Assembly (NCBI GenBank): GCA_019058445.1
Contig: JAHPZA010000004.1
Coordinates: 192,001-256,000 of the forward strand
Source: Promethearchaeota archaeon
GTDB taxonomy: Archaea > Asgardarchaeota > Lokiarchaeia > Sigyniarchaeales > SOKP01
DNA: 64,000 nt
Direction: 5' to 3'
Positions 49,255-57,767 of the stretch are shown piece by piece. The notes beneath the pieces are model-generated. The model had not been told where the DNA came from, did not search any database, and saw only the letters and a program-made list of their open reading frames with translations. The number at the start of each line of letters is the position of its first letter. Position 1 is the first letter of the stretch. A program made the position numbers and the translations under genes.

Positions 49255-52227
49255 ATCTTAGACATTAAAGAGAAGTACAGTGTTTTATTAGAAAGTACTT
49301 CTGATATGATAATGTTAGTAAACAGAGATCATATAATTGAATATTTAAATCATATTCCCGAGGGAAAAACAAGAGACGAAATTATTGGTACTAGTATTTA
49401 CAATTATTTCCAACCCGATTATCATAAGTTGTATAGAAAATTTATTGATAAAGTTTTTGAAACTGGGCAACCAAAAAAGACTATTGTTCAAGCAATCGGT
49501 CTTAAAGATAACATTGCTTGGTATGAAACTATAATAATCCCTATTAGTATTGAAGGAAAGATTAACAAAGTGATATTTAATATTAGGGATATTACTGTTC
49601 GAAGAAATATAGAAACTGCTCTAAAAACAGCTCAAGATGAGATAATCCATAAAGATATGCTTGATTTACTTATAAATAATATTCCAGATATTATTTTTAT
49701 TACTGATTTAGAGGGTAAAATAAAATATATTAATCATTTACTCCCTGGATACAGTGAAAATAATGTAATAGGCTCTCATATCTATAATTATATACCAATT
49801 GAATACCAACCGCATCATGAAAAAATGATTAAGGAATGTATGAAGACAGGGGAAATACAAAAGAATATAGTCCAAGTTTATGACTTATCAAATAAGTTGC
49901 TTTGGTTTGAAACTCGTGTTATTCCAATTAAAAGAGACACTCATGAAATTGAATCCTTGTTATTTATTACTACTGATATTACAAAAAAAATAGAAGTAGA
50001 AAAAAATCTAAAGGATTCTGAAGAAAAATATCGAGAATTAGTAAATAATGCTAACAGTATAATTATTAAATTAAACAGAGATGGAGATTTCTTATTCATA
50101 AATGAATATGGAGAGGAATTCTTTGGTTTTTCTCAGGATGAGCTAATAGGGTGTAACGTTATTGGGACTATCGTTCCAAAAACAGAATCTTCTGGAAGAG
50201 ATTTAGAATCTTTAATATCAGTGATTTTGAGTAATCCTGATGAGTATAAATACATAGAAAATGAGAACATAACAAAATCAGGAAAAACTGTTTGGGTATC
50301 ATGGGCGAATAAAGCACTTTATGATAAAGAAGGAAAAATTATAGGAGTTTTAACAGTTGGAACAGATATAACTGAGAAAAAAGAAGCAGAGCAAGGATTA
50401 AAAATTTCTGAAGAAAAATACCGAAATATTATAAAAAATTTACATTTAGGCTATTTAAACGTAACTACAGAAGGGAAAATACTAATACATAACCCAACTT
50501 TTAATAAAATTGCGGGATTTGATTCAAATAAGGATTTAGTTGGCTTAAATATGCCTGACTTATGGCAAAATCCCGAAGATAGAAAGAAATATTTAGATCA
50601 ATTAAAAAAACAAGGTTGTGTATATAATTATATCATTTATGGTAGGAAAATCAATGGTGAAAAAATTATATTACTTGCCAATTCTCAATTACTAAAAAAT
50701 GACATTGGAGATGCGATAAGTATTGAGTCAACATTTATAGATATTACTGAAAAACATAAATTAGAACAAAAATTAAGAGAATCTGAAGAGAATTACCGTA
50801 ATCTTTATGAAGAGGCTCCCAACGCATATTTCTCAATAAGTATTGACAAGTCAATTTTAAGATGTAATAAAGCGGCAGAGAAACTTTTAGGTTATACTAA
50901 GGAAGAACTTCTTAGTATGAAAGTTTTTGATTTGTATGCTGACACAGAATATGGATTCTCTAAAGCTAAAGAGTTATTTCAAAAATTCTCCAAAGGTGAG
51001 CTAATTCAAGATGAAGAATTTCAAATGAAACGCAAGGATGATAAACATATTTGGATAAGTTTATCTGTAAAACCTATTTTAGATCAGGAAGGAAATATAA
51101 TCGAATCCCTCTCAATGGTAATAGATATGAACGAGCGTAAACGGGCAGAAGAAGCGTTAAAATCAGAGCGAGATAAATTAAAGGCAATGATTGACGGATT
51201 AACGAGTGCAGGATTAAGTATTGATATTATTGGAGATGACTATAAAGTCCAATATATGAATGATCTAATGAAAGAAAGATTTGGAGATTTTATCGGTAAG
51301 TTGTGTTATGAAAACTATATAGGAGCAACGGAACCGTGTGAAGATTGCCCAGCTATGAAATCGATAAAAACTAATACTATTGAGCGTGTGGAACAATCTG
51401 CTGTTGATAAAAGGAATTACGAAATTTTTTCTGCTCCAATTCCTAATCCTGATGGAACAATTAGTAAAGCTATTGAACTCGTAATAGATATTACAGAACG
51501 AAAAAAAGCAGAACAAGAATTAATCTTGTTAAGCCAATTAAAATCGGAATTACTTACCCGATATTCTCATGAATTAAAAACACCCCTTATGTCGATTAAG
51601 GGATTTACGAACCTATTATCAATAAAATTTCAAGATACTCTTCACGACGAGGAATTAAGTTTAATTGGTGAGATTACAAAGGGTTGTCATCGTTTAGAAA
51701 CCCTCGTTAGAAATATTTTAGATACTGCAGATTTAGATTCTGGTACAGTTGAGTTAGAGCTAACTAAAAATGATTTAAGCTCTGTTATAAGATCCTGTGT
51801 TGAGCAGTTAGAAGGATTTGCAAACTCGAGAGATCATACAATAAATTTAAAATTACACGAGGAATTACTAATTTCTTTCGATATCAAGCAAATCGTTCAA
51901 GTCGTAAACAATATAATAACTAACGCTATCAAATTTACCCCTCCCCAAGGAAGAATTACTATTCAATCTGAAATAAAAGAAGATTTTATTACAATCTCAA
52001 TTAGAGATACGGGAATTGGTTTTACAAACGAAGAAACTCAAATTTTATTTAAGCGATTTGGTAAAATTGAAAGGTTTGGACAAGGATTTGACATAATTAC
52101 CGAAGGTTCTGGTTTAGGATTATATCTCTCAAGAAAGATCGTAGAATTGCACGGTGGAGAGTTATGGGTCGAATCCGAAGGAAGAAATAAAGGATCTACG
52201 TTTTACATTACCCTTCCCCTACTTTAA
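49255..52227 (+). CDS. Multi-PAS sensor histidine kinase
   Basis: About 6 PAS/PAC repeats, H-box SHELKTPL, N-box NAIKF, DTGIG, GSGLGL; the frame continues upstream of ATG 49306 (EKYSVLLESTSD), start inferred at ATC 49255. Confidence 0.93.
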   Translation: MLDIKEKYSVLLESTSDMIMLVNRDHIIEYLNHIPEGKTRDEIIGTSIYNYFQPDYHKLYRKFIDKVFETGQPKKTIVQAIGLKDNIAWYETIIIPISIEGKINKVIFNIRDITVRRNIETALKTAQDEIIHKDMLDLLINNIPDIIFITDLEGKIKYINHLLPGYSENNVIGSHIYNYIPIEYQPHHEKMIKECMKTGEIQKNIVQVYDLSNKLLWFETRVIPIKRDTHEIESLLFITTDITKKIEVEKNLKDSEEKYRELVNNANSIIIKLNRDGDFLFINEYGEEFFGFSQDELIGCNVIGTIVPKTESSGRDLESLISVILSNPDEYKYIENENITKSGKTVWVSWANKALYDKEGKIIGVLTVGTDITEKKEAEQGLKISEEKYRNIIKNLHLGYLNVTTEGKILIHNPTFNKIAGFDSNKDLVGLNMPDLWQNPEDRKKYLDQLKKQGCVYNYIIYGRKINGEKIILLANSQLLKNDIGDAISIESTFIDITEKHKLEQKLRESEENYRNLYEEAPNAYFSISIDKSILRCNKAAEKLLGYTKEELLSMKVFDLYADTEYGFSKAKELFQKFSKGELIQDEEFQMKRKDDKHIWISLSVKPILDQEGNIIESLSMVIDMNERKRAEEALKSERDKLKAMIDGLTSAGLSIDIIGDDYKVQYMNDLMKERFGDFIGKLCYENYIGATEPCEDCPAMKSIKTNTIERVEQSAVDKRNYEIFSAPIPNPDGTISKAIELVIDITERKKAEQELILLSQLKSELLTRYSHELKTPLMSIKGFTNLLSIKFQDTLHDEELSLIGEITKGCHRLETLVRNILDTADLDSGTVELELTKNDLSSVIRSCVEQLEGFANSRDHTINLKLHEELLISFDIKQIVQVVNNIITNAIKFTPPQGRITIQSEIKEDFITISIRDTGIGFTNEETQILFKRFGKIERFGQGFDIITEGSGLGLYLSRKIVELHGGELWVESEGRNKGSTFYITLPLL

Positions 52228-52556
52228 TTTAAAGTATAATTTAACATCCTCTTAACTATTCCCTTGAGAATTAAAAATTAGTCATTTTTAAATGTCAGTT
52301 ATTTTATCATAGTATTTGGATTAGCGTTAATAGTTAGGATAAACATAATAGAATAACAGAATAACAAGACAAATAGCCTGAACACCTCCAACAGCATCCA
52401 TAAAATAATAATTTTAGAATTGAGTGATAATCAAAAGGTTTATTAGGAAAGGAATTAATAATAAAAGCAAAATAATTCTATTTCCCACACTATTTCAGGT
52501 ATATTAACTTTCTTTATAATTAAATTTTGCTTTAGATACTATTCGTTTATCTGGAA

Positions 52557-53399
52557 TTAATTTTTACGGGAGTTCATAATCTTTTTTAGCTGTTTTCTTT
52601 TCTCCTCAAGAAATTTGTTCCAATCAAAAGCTAAAATAAAATACATTATGGTAAGTGTAACTAAGAGCATAATTGCTTCAGTAATAACAGTAGATTCATC
52701 ATTCACTTCAATTCCAGATGCCGCTAACCCTAAAATAATTAATATAGGGAGTAGAACGTAGATTGTGGTGGTAATTGTTTTTCCGATCCACCCCGCGATA
52801 ATTAATTTTGGGATACTTAATTTTTTTTCTGACATACCTAAGGCAATCCAAAGGGGATCATCAGGAATAGGAAGAGCAGCAGCAATAAACACATACAGAT
52901 ACATTCTATTGGGATGTTCAATTATTAATTTGCCAAAACCTTCAATATTATGAAGGACTATTGATTCTTTATCTGATTTTTTTACAATAATTTTCGCACC
53001 GCGACCAAGTAAAAAGCTAGTAATTTCTCCTAAAGCAGCTCCAAGACCACCAGCTATCGCGATTCCCATAATTTCAAGCCAAAATGGACCGCTTACTAAA
53101 ATTTCCCCCAAAACTAAACCCCGTTTAGTATATTTTAAATAAATTGAATTAGATAAGCTAAACAACACAAAAGGGAATGGAACAGGAAATCCGATTGAAG
53201 CAGAACCAATGAAACATACGATAAGCGCAAACAAAAGAGCCCAATAGTAATTTGATCCTTCTGTTAAATTCGCAATATCTTGTCTAGATTGCATTATCGC
53301 TTCTTTAATGTCAGGAAACAATAAAAATAACAATAGATATATTATTACGGCTAAATAGAAAAACATAAAGACGCTGGTTAGCTTTTTATCGATTGTCAT
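52557..53399 (-). CDS. DedA/VTT (SNARE-associated) membrane protein
   Basis: 'GFPVPF', 'AGGLGAALGE..SFLLGRG', 'AALPIPDD....LG', 'GK'. Confidence 0.85.
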   Translation of the reverse strand: MTIDKKLTSVFMFFYLAVIIYLLLFLLFPDIKEAIMQSRQDIANLTEGSNYYWALLFALIVCFIGSASIGFPVPFPFVLFSLSNSIYLKYTKRGLVLGEILVSGPFWLEIMGIAIAGGLGAALGEITSFLLGRGAKIIVKKSDKESIVLHNIEGFGKLIIEHPNRMYLYVFIAAALPIPDDPLWIALGMSEKKLSIPKLIIAGWIGKTITTTIYVLLPILIILGLAASGIEVNDESTVITEAIMLLVTLTIMYFILAFDWNKFLEEKRKQLKKIMNSRKN

Positions 53400-53419
53400 A
53401 ATAACTCTGATACCCTTTC

Positions 53420-53806
53420 TTATTTTATGATTGAGATTTTGGTATTCATCCCATTCATTGCTTTTTGAAACAACTCGATATTTGCCGTAATTTTGCCAAT
53501 TTTATTAATTTTATTTGGCATTTCAATTGTTTCCAAAATAATAATCATTTCATCTGTTTTTGGACTATATACGATATCCGCTTTCTCAACGTTTCTAGTA
53601 GCTTTTGAGTCAGGTCCCTTTCTTATCCCAATTGGTAAAGTCCAATAATTTTTCGAGCCAAATCCAAATCTCCCTCTCAAAACAAAGGGCATTTTTCTTA
53701 GTATCGCATCTGCCGAAATGGGACCCAAATGTCTTGTTATAAGCCCCTCTACATTTCCTACGTTAAATATTTCTATTCGAATCTTTATATCTCCTTTACC
53801 AGACAT
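53420..53806 (-). CDS. Cyclophilin-like fold protein
   Basis: 'R.L.P.S..AI...MPF', 'VEK.DIVY.P', 'IGKI'. Confidence 0.65.
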   Translation of the reverse strand: MSGKGDIKIRIEIFNVGNVEGLITRHLGPISADAILRKMPFVLRGRFGFGSKNYWTLPIGIRKGPDSKATRNVEKADIVYSPKTDEMIIILETIEMPNKINKIGKITANIELFQKAMNGMNTKISIIK

Positions 53807-53995
53807 GTCTTGTTAATAAAATAAATTAAAGTATATATATTATTTTAGATGGATGAAAATTTTGATCATCTTATCTAAGTAGTGGATTTTTAATAGCTGT
53901 AAATCGTTTAATAAACCTATAATAACGCTTTGTATTAGAGTTATTTTCAGTTTAATATGTTTTTTCCCAAATTCAATAAAAAATTAATAGTAAAA

Positions 53996-54003
53996 TTTAA
54001 ATA
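53996..54003 (+). promoter_or_regulatory. Archaeal TATA box (TTTAAATA) preceded by a purine-rich BRE-like gtaaaa, for the candidate ncRNA
   Basis: Ends 22 nt upstream of G54026, the first base of the terminal helix. Confidence 0.5.
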
Positions 54004-54025
54004 TTCAATTTGTTATATTATTTGT

Positions 54026-54579
54026 GGACAATAGTAAGCATTGGTTTAAGTTACGTTAATACGGAACTAAACAATAGTAAGATAGAAACAGGTAATTAAT
54101 CGGTTCATAATTTCCGACGAATTTTTTTTTTTTATTCTTACGGAGATTGCACGTTTCTGAATTACATCTATAAATTTTCATTATATTATTAACCATTAGT
54201 ACACGAAGTACTAATCTACATTCAAATTTCAAAATAATCCAAAAAAATCTTTACGCTGGTGCTCCATTTTAAAGATTTGCCTTCAAGTTATTCCCGAAGC
54301 TAAGATTAATCCACTAATAACTGTGCAAAGTTGTACTTTAATTCCAAAAATGTGATTTAAAGTCGTTTTAACGAGTAGTAAATTTTTACACCATTAGGGA
54401 GTTCTAAGAGACTTTAAAGATCATTACTACATTACAACAAAATCTCATGTAAAATTAATGTGTTTTTTAAAATAGGGACTTATATTCCGAATGGTTTAGT
54501 TAAAAATTCTCAGGAGTTTTATACCCAGTAGAAACAGAATCTCAGAGAATTAAATAATATTCGGACTTTACTATTGTCC
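54026..54579 (+). ncRNA. Candidate large (~554 nt) highly structured non-coding RNA of unknown family
   Basis: ggacaatagtaa (54026-37) is complementary to ttactattgtcc (54568-79); multiple internal helices; G-U pairs favour the + strand; no ORF >=60 aa. Confidence 0.6.
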
Positions 54580-54580
54580 C

Positions 54581-54592
54581 TCTCTTTTTTTT
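54581..54592 (+). terminator. Pyrimidine/T-tract immediately after the terminal helix (archaeal-type terminator)
   Basis: tctctttttttt directly 3' of the candidate RNA. Confidence 0.4.
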
Positions 54593-55448
54593 ATAGATTT
54601 TCCAATTCAATTAAATCTAATTTACTATCGATATCATAAAACATGTACTTCTTAGAAATTTCTACAGCAATAATTCTTTTTCCTTGTTTTACCATATAAT
54701 TAACTATCTCTCTAATAGTTTTAACTGATTTTTTTTTCTCAGCGCTAATAATTTCTTGAATGAAGTCATAGGGAAATAAAAAGATTGGAACGATTTGATT
54801 AACAGTTTCAGAACTAGTTATTTCACTTAAGTTTATCTTTTTAATTCTCTTAAGAAAGTTTTGCATCTCTTCATTTTCTATATCAGCTACAGAAATTATT
54901 TTTGATTGAATTCCTTTTTGAAAAAAAGTTTTTTGAATTTTTCTGTAAAATATTAAAGGTTTTTTTTTAATTACACTCAAATTATCTTCGATAAACGAGA
55001 AAATCTCATTTAAGAGATGATGCTGAAAAATCGTATCTCCAGGAATGATAAGATATACATATCTATCTTGGTAAAGCTGCTTATTCTTGGTAAAGGAAAG
55101 GAAGGAATAAAGCGGTCCTAATTTATATTCATCTGTCGCATCAACCACATACAGGATATTATTTATCTCTGCATTATATCGTTTCAATCTAGCAATAAAT
55201 TCATCAATTTTTTTTGCCAAATATCCTTTTACTATTGCGATTTTCTTAACACTCAAATTTATTAATAAATCAATGGTAAATTGAACGATTGGCTTGTTAT
55301 TTAGAGCAGGGATTTTAATTAATGGTTTTGGAGTGTTTTGTGTAAGTTCTTGAAGACGAACACCTTCTCCAGCACATAAAATAATCGTAAAAAGAGATTT
55401 ATTCCATTCCTTATTTGGTTGTGACAATTGTGTTCCCATCCAAGTCAA
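54591..55448 (-). CDS. Nucleotidyltransferase-family protein
   Basis: IILCAGEGVRL..LT...PKPL; PGD; DID. Confidence 0.8.
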   Translation of the reverse strand: MTWMGTQLSQPNKEWNKSLFTIILCAGEGVRLQELTQNTPKPLIKIPALNNKPIVQFTIDLLINLSVKKIAIVKGYLAKKIDEFIARLKRYNAEINNILYVVDATDEYKLGPLYSFLSFTKNKQLYQDRYVYLIIPGDTIFQHHLLNEIFSFIEDNLSVIKKKPLIFYRKIQKTFFQKGIQSKIISVADIENEEMQNFLKRIKKINLSEITSSETVNQIVPIFLFPYDFIQEIISAEKKKSVKTIREIVNYMVKQGKRIIAVEISKKYMFYDIDSKLDLIELENL

Positions 55449-56325
55449 TTATTATAGTGTGCTCTTGTTGAGCCACAAATTCACCAGATCTCTCAATCAA
55501 AATGGGATAATGATCAAGTATGTTCTTTCTTACAAATGCATCAATAGTTCTTTGTATTTTATTCTTCGGTATTAAGTTCTTATTTTCTAAAAATCGAGGG
55601 GAAAAAGGGAGGTGATTAGTATTTTTTTCAATTTTATTCATATAACCCTGCTGTTCATAGGGTAAGTTTTTCTTTTTTCGTTTAGCAAAACGATAAATAT
55701 AGGAATGTTTCCCATTTACTACTTTTCCTACTCCTGATGTAGTAAATGGTTCACACGCATATGCATCACCGGGTTTTAACACTTCGCTATGTAACGTTTC
55801 TTTATAATTTGGTATAAAAGGCCCCGCATGCAAATTATATTGCTTTAATTCATGACCACCTAGATTAGTAATTGGTCGTAAACCATGACTGATTATTTTT
55901 TGAGCAATGACTTCTCCTAACTCATAAAGTTTAGTTCCTGGTTTAAATATTTCAATTGCAGCTTCGAGACCCTCCTCTGCGGCATCTATATACGTTTGAA
56001 GTTTAGGATCTTCACCTAAATTTAAAGTTATCGCTGAGTCTGCAATATAACCATTGAAGTGAGAGCCAATATCTATTTTTAATAAACCACTTTCGGGTAT
56101 TAAGGTCTTATCATCAATTACGGGACTATAATGTGCTGCGACCTCATTTAAGGACATATTAACAGGAAATGATAATTCACAACCATTTTTGTAAATCTCA
56201 GCTTCAATTTTATTAGCCACATCTAAAAAAAAAGCTCCTGGTTTCACAATCTCTTTTGCTAATTTTTTAGCAGCAATCACGGCTTTTCCTGCTTTAATAT
56301 AATCTTGAATATAATCTTCAGTCAT
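55411..56325 (-). CDS. map: Methionine aminopeptidase, type II
   Basis: FPVN.S.N..AAHY, KIDIG.H..GYIADSA, NLGGH, LHAG, EPF, QQEHT. Confidence 0.96.
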   Translation of the reverse strand: MTEDYIQDYIKAGKAVIAAKKLAKEIVKPGAFFLDVANKIEAEIYKNGCELSFPVNMSLNEVAAHYSPVIDDKTLIPESGLLKIDIGSHFNGYIADSAITLNLGEDPKLQTYIDAAEEGLEAAIEIFKPGTKLYELGEVIAQKIISHGLRPITNLGGHELKQYNLHAGPFIPNYKETLHSEVLKPGDAYACEPFTTSGVGKVVNGKHSYIYRFAKRKKKNLPYEQQGYMNKIEKNTNHLPFSPRFLENKNLIPKNKIQRTIDAFVRKNILDHYPILIERSGEFVAQQEHTIIIDLDGNTIVTTK

Positions 56326-56360
56326 AATTTAAAAATAGGTTTTTATTTTCTTTAAATAAA

Positions 56361-57695
56361 TTAGGGAGTTAGTCTGTCAGGGGTTCTTGGATACATGACC
56401 GCTTCTCTTATGTCATCTAATCCACATAAGAAAGTTATCCATCTATCAATCCCTAGTCCTACTCCTGCGTGAGGTGGCATTCCAAAATCATACACTTTCA
56501 GATGGGATTCAAATGCGATTGGATTAAGCCCTTTAGCCTCCAGAGCTTGACGTAGTTGCTCACTACTGTGAACTCTTGTTCCTCCTGAGGTCAATTCAAG
56601 CCATCCCATTTGTAAATCAAACGATTCGCTATATTTCGGGTCTTTTGAGGGCATTATATAAAATGGTTTAATTGACATTGGCCAATGAGTGATATAATAA
56701 TATCCTGTTAATTCTTTTCCTAATTTACGGTATGCTTCTGTGGAAATATCCTCACCGAATTCGATGGAAATCCTAAATTTTGACTCTATCAATTCAAGCA
56801 TTTCTTCATAAGTGTATCGAGGAAATGGAAGTTCCGGAAGAACTGTCTTTTCTTCCATTTTTAAGAATTTTAATGAATTCATTTGATTTTCTCTCACATT
56901 TTTAATAACCTGATGTACTAATTCTTCTAAAGTTTTCAGAACATCATTCATTGTGGCAAAAGCCATTTCGATATCCAAGGTGAATATTTCACATAAATGT
57001 CTTCTTGTATGGCTTTTCTCTGCTCTAAAACAATCACTAATCTCAAAAACTCTTTCAAAAACCCCACTTAATTGTTCTTTATATAATTGAGCAGACTGAG
57101 TAAGAAACGCCTCTTTATCAAAATACATTATTGGAAATAACTCTGTTCCTCCCTCAGTGGCAGATCCGATTATTTTTGGAGTGGTAATTTCCGTAAAATT
57201 ATTCTCAAGCAGAAATTCTCTAATAGTATTTAATACTTCTCCCCTGATCTGAAAAACTGCTTGATTTCTGACAGATCTTAAATCTAATGCCCTATTATTA
57301 AGTCTTAAATCCAATTCGGAAATAGTTTCTCCTGTCATGTCGATTGGTAATTTATCAGGAGTTTTATTTAATATTTTTAGCTCAGAGGGAATAACTTCAA
57401 TCCCACCGGGAGCTTTTTTAAAAGCCTTCACTTTACCCTTAACCATAATGCAATATTGATATCCAACTTTCGTTTTATCAAAAATCTCATCAGATACTAC
57501 GCCTTTTTTCAAGGTAATTTGACGTTCTCCATATTTATCTTGAAGGTTAATAAATTTTAATCCACCTAAGTCTCTATAGTTGCGGACCCAGCCTCCTAAA
57601 GTAACCTCTTGATCAATTAAATCCGGAGTAACTTCATGTGTATAATGAGTTTTCCGCCAGTCATCCATATCATCTAGCATTTCTTTTAGCAACAT
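56361..57695 (-). CDS. aspS: Aspartate--tRNA ligase, archaeal type (probably non-discriminating)
   Basis: GWV...RDLGG, RL.NR.LDLR, QSAQLYK, FRAE.S.T.RH, GMPPH.G.GLGIDR, PR.P.RL.P; Pro in the KAPGG loop. Confidence 0.96.
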   Translation of the reverse strand: MLLKEMLDDMDDWRKTHYTHEVTPDLIDQEVTLGGWVRNYRDLGGLKFINLQDKYGERQITLKKGVVSDEIFDKTKVGYQYCIMVKGKVKAFKKAPGGIEVIPSELKILNKTPDKLPIDMTGETISELDLRLNNRALDLRSVRNQAVFQIRGEVLNTIREFLLENNFTEITTPKIIGSATEGGTELFPIMYFDKEAFLTQSAQLYKEQLSGVFERVFEISDCFRAEKSHTRRHLCEIFTLDIEMAFATMNDVLKTLEELVHQVIKNVRENQMNSLKFLKMEEKTVLPELPFPRYTYEEMLELIESKFRISIEFGEDISTEAYRKLGKELTGYYYITHWPMSIKPFYIMPSKDPKYSESFDLQMGWLELTSGGTRVHSSEQLRQALEAKGLNPIAFESHLKVYDFGMPPHAGVGLGIDRWITFLCGLDDIREAVMYPRTPDRLTP

Positions 57696-57767
57696 TTAGT
57701 ATTATTTAAAAATTAAGTTTTAAAATGAAAAATAACAATAAAATTTTTTGTTATCTTATGTAGTAAT

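Noticed and set aside
54523-54540. ORB-like motif (cccagtagaaacag) suggesting a replication origin
   Set aside because: Only one near-match, no G-string and no cdc6/orc1 neighbour.
54026-54579. RNase P RNA, SRP RNA or tmRNA as the identity of the structured element
   Set aside because: No GAGGAAAGUCC/CGGCUUA P4 pair in the proper positions on either strand (the minus-strand aagtccct and caatgcttac are not complementary), no SRP helix-8 motif, no tRNA-like ends, and it is much more AU-rich and longer than typical archaeal examples.
54026-54579. MITE or non-autonomous transposon with 12-bp terminal inverted repeats
   Set aside because: No target-site duplication is visible (flanks tttgt / ctctc), there is no second copy or transposase in the window, and strand-specific G-U pairing plus TATA and T-tract fit an RNA better. 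Not fully excluded.
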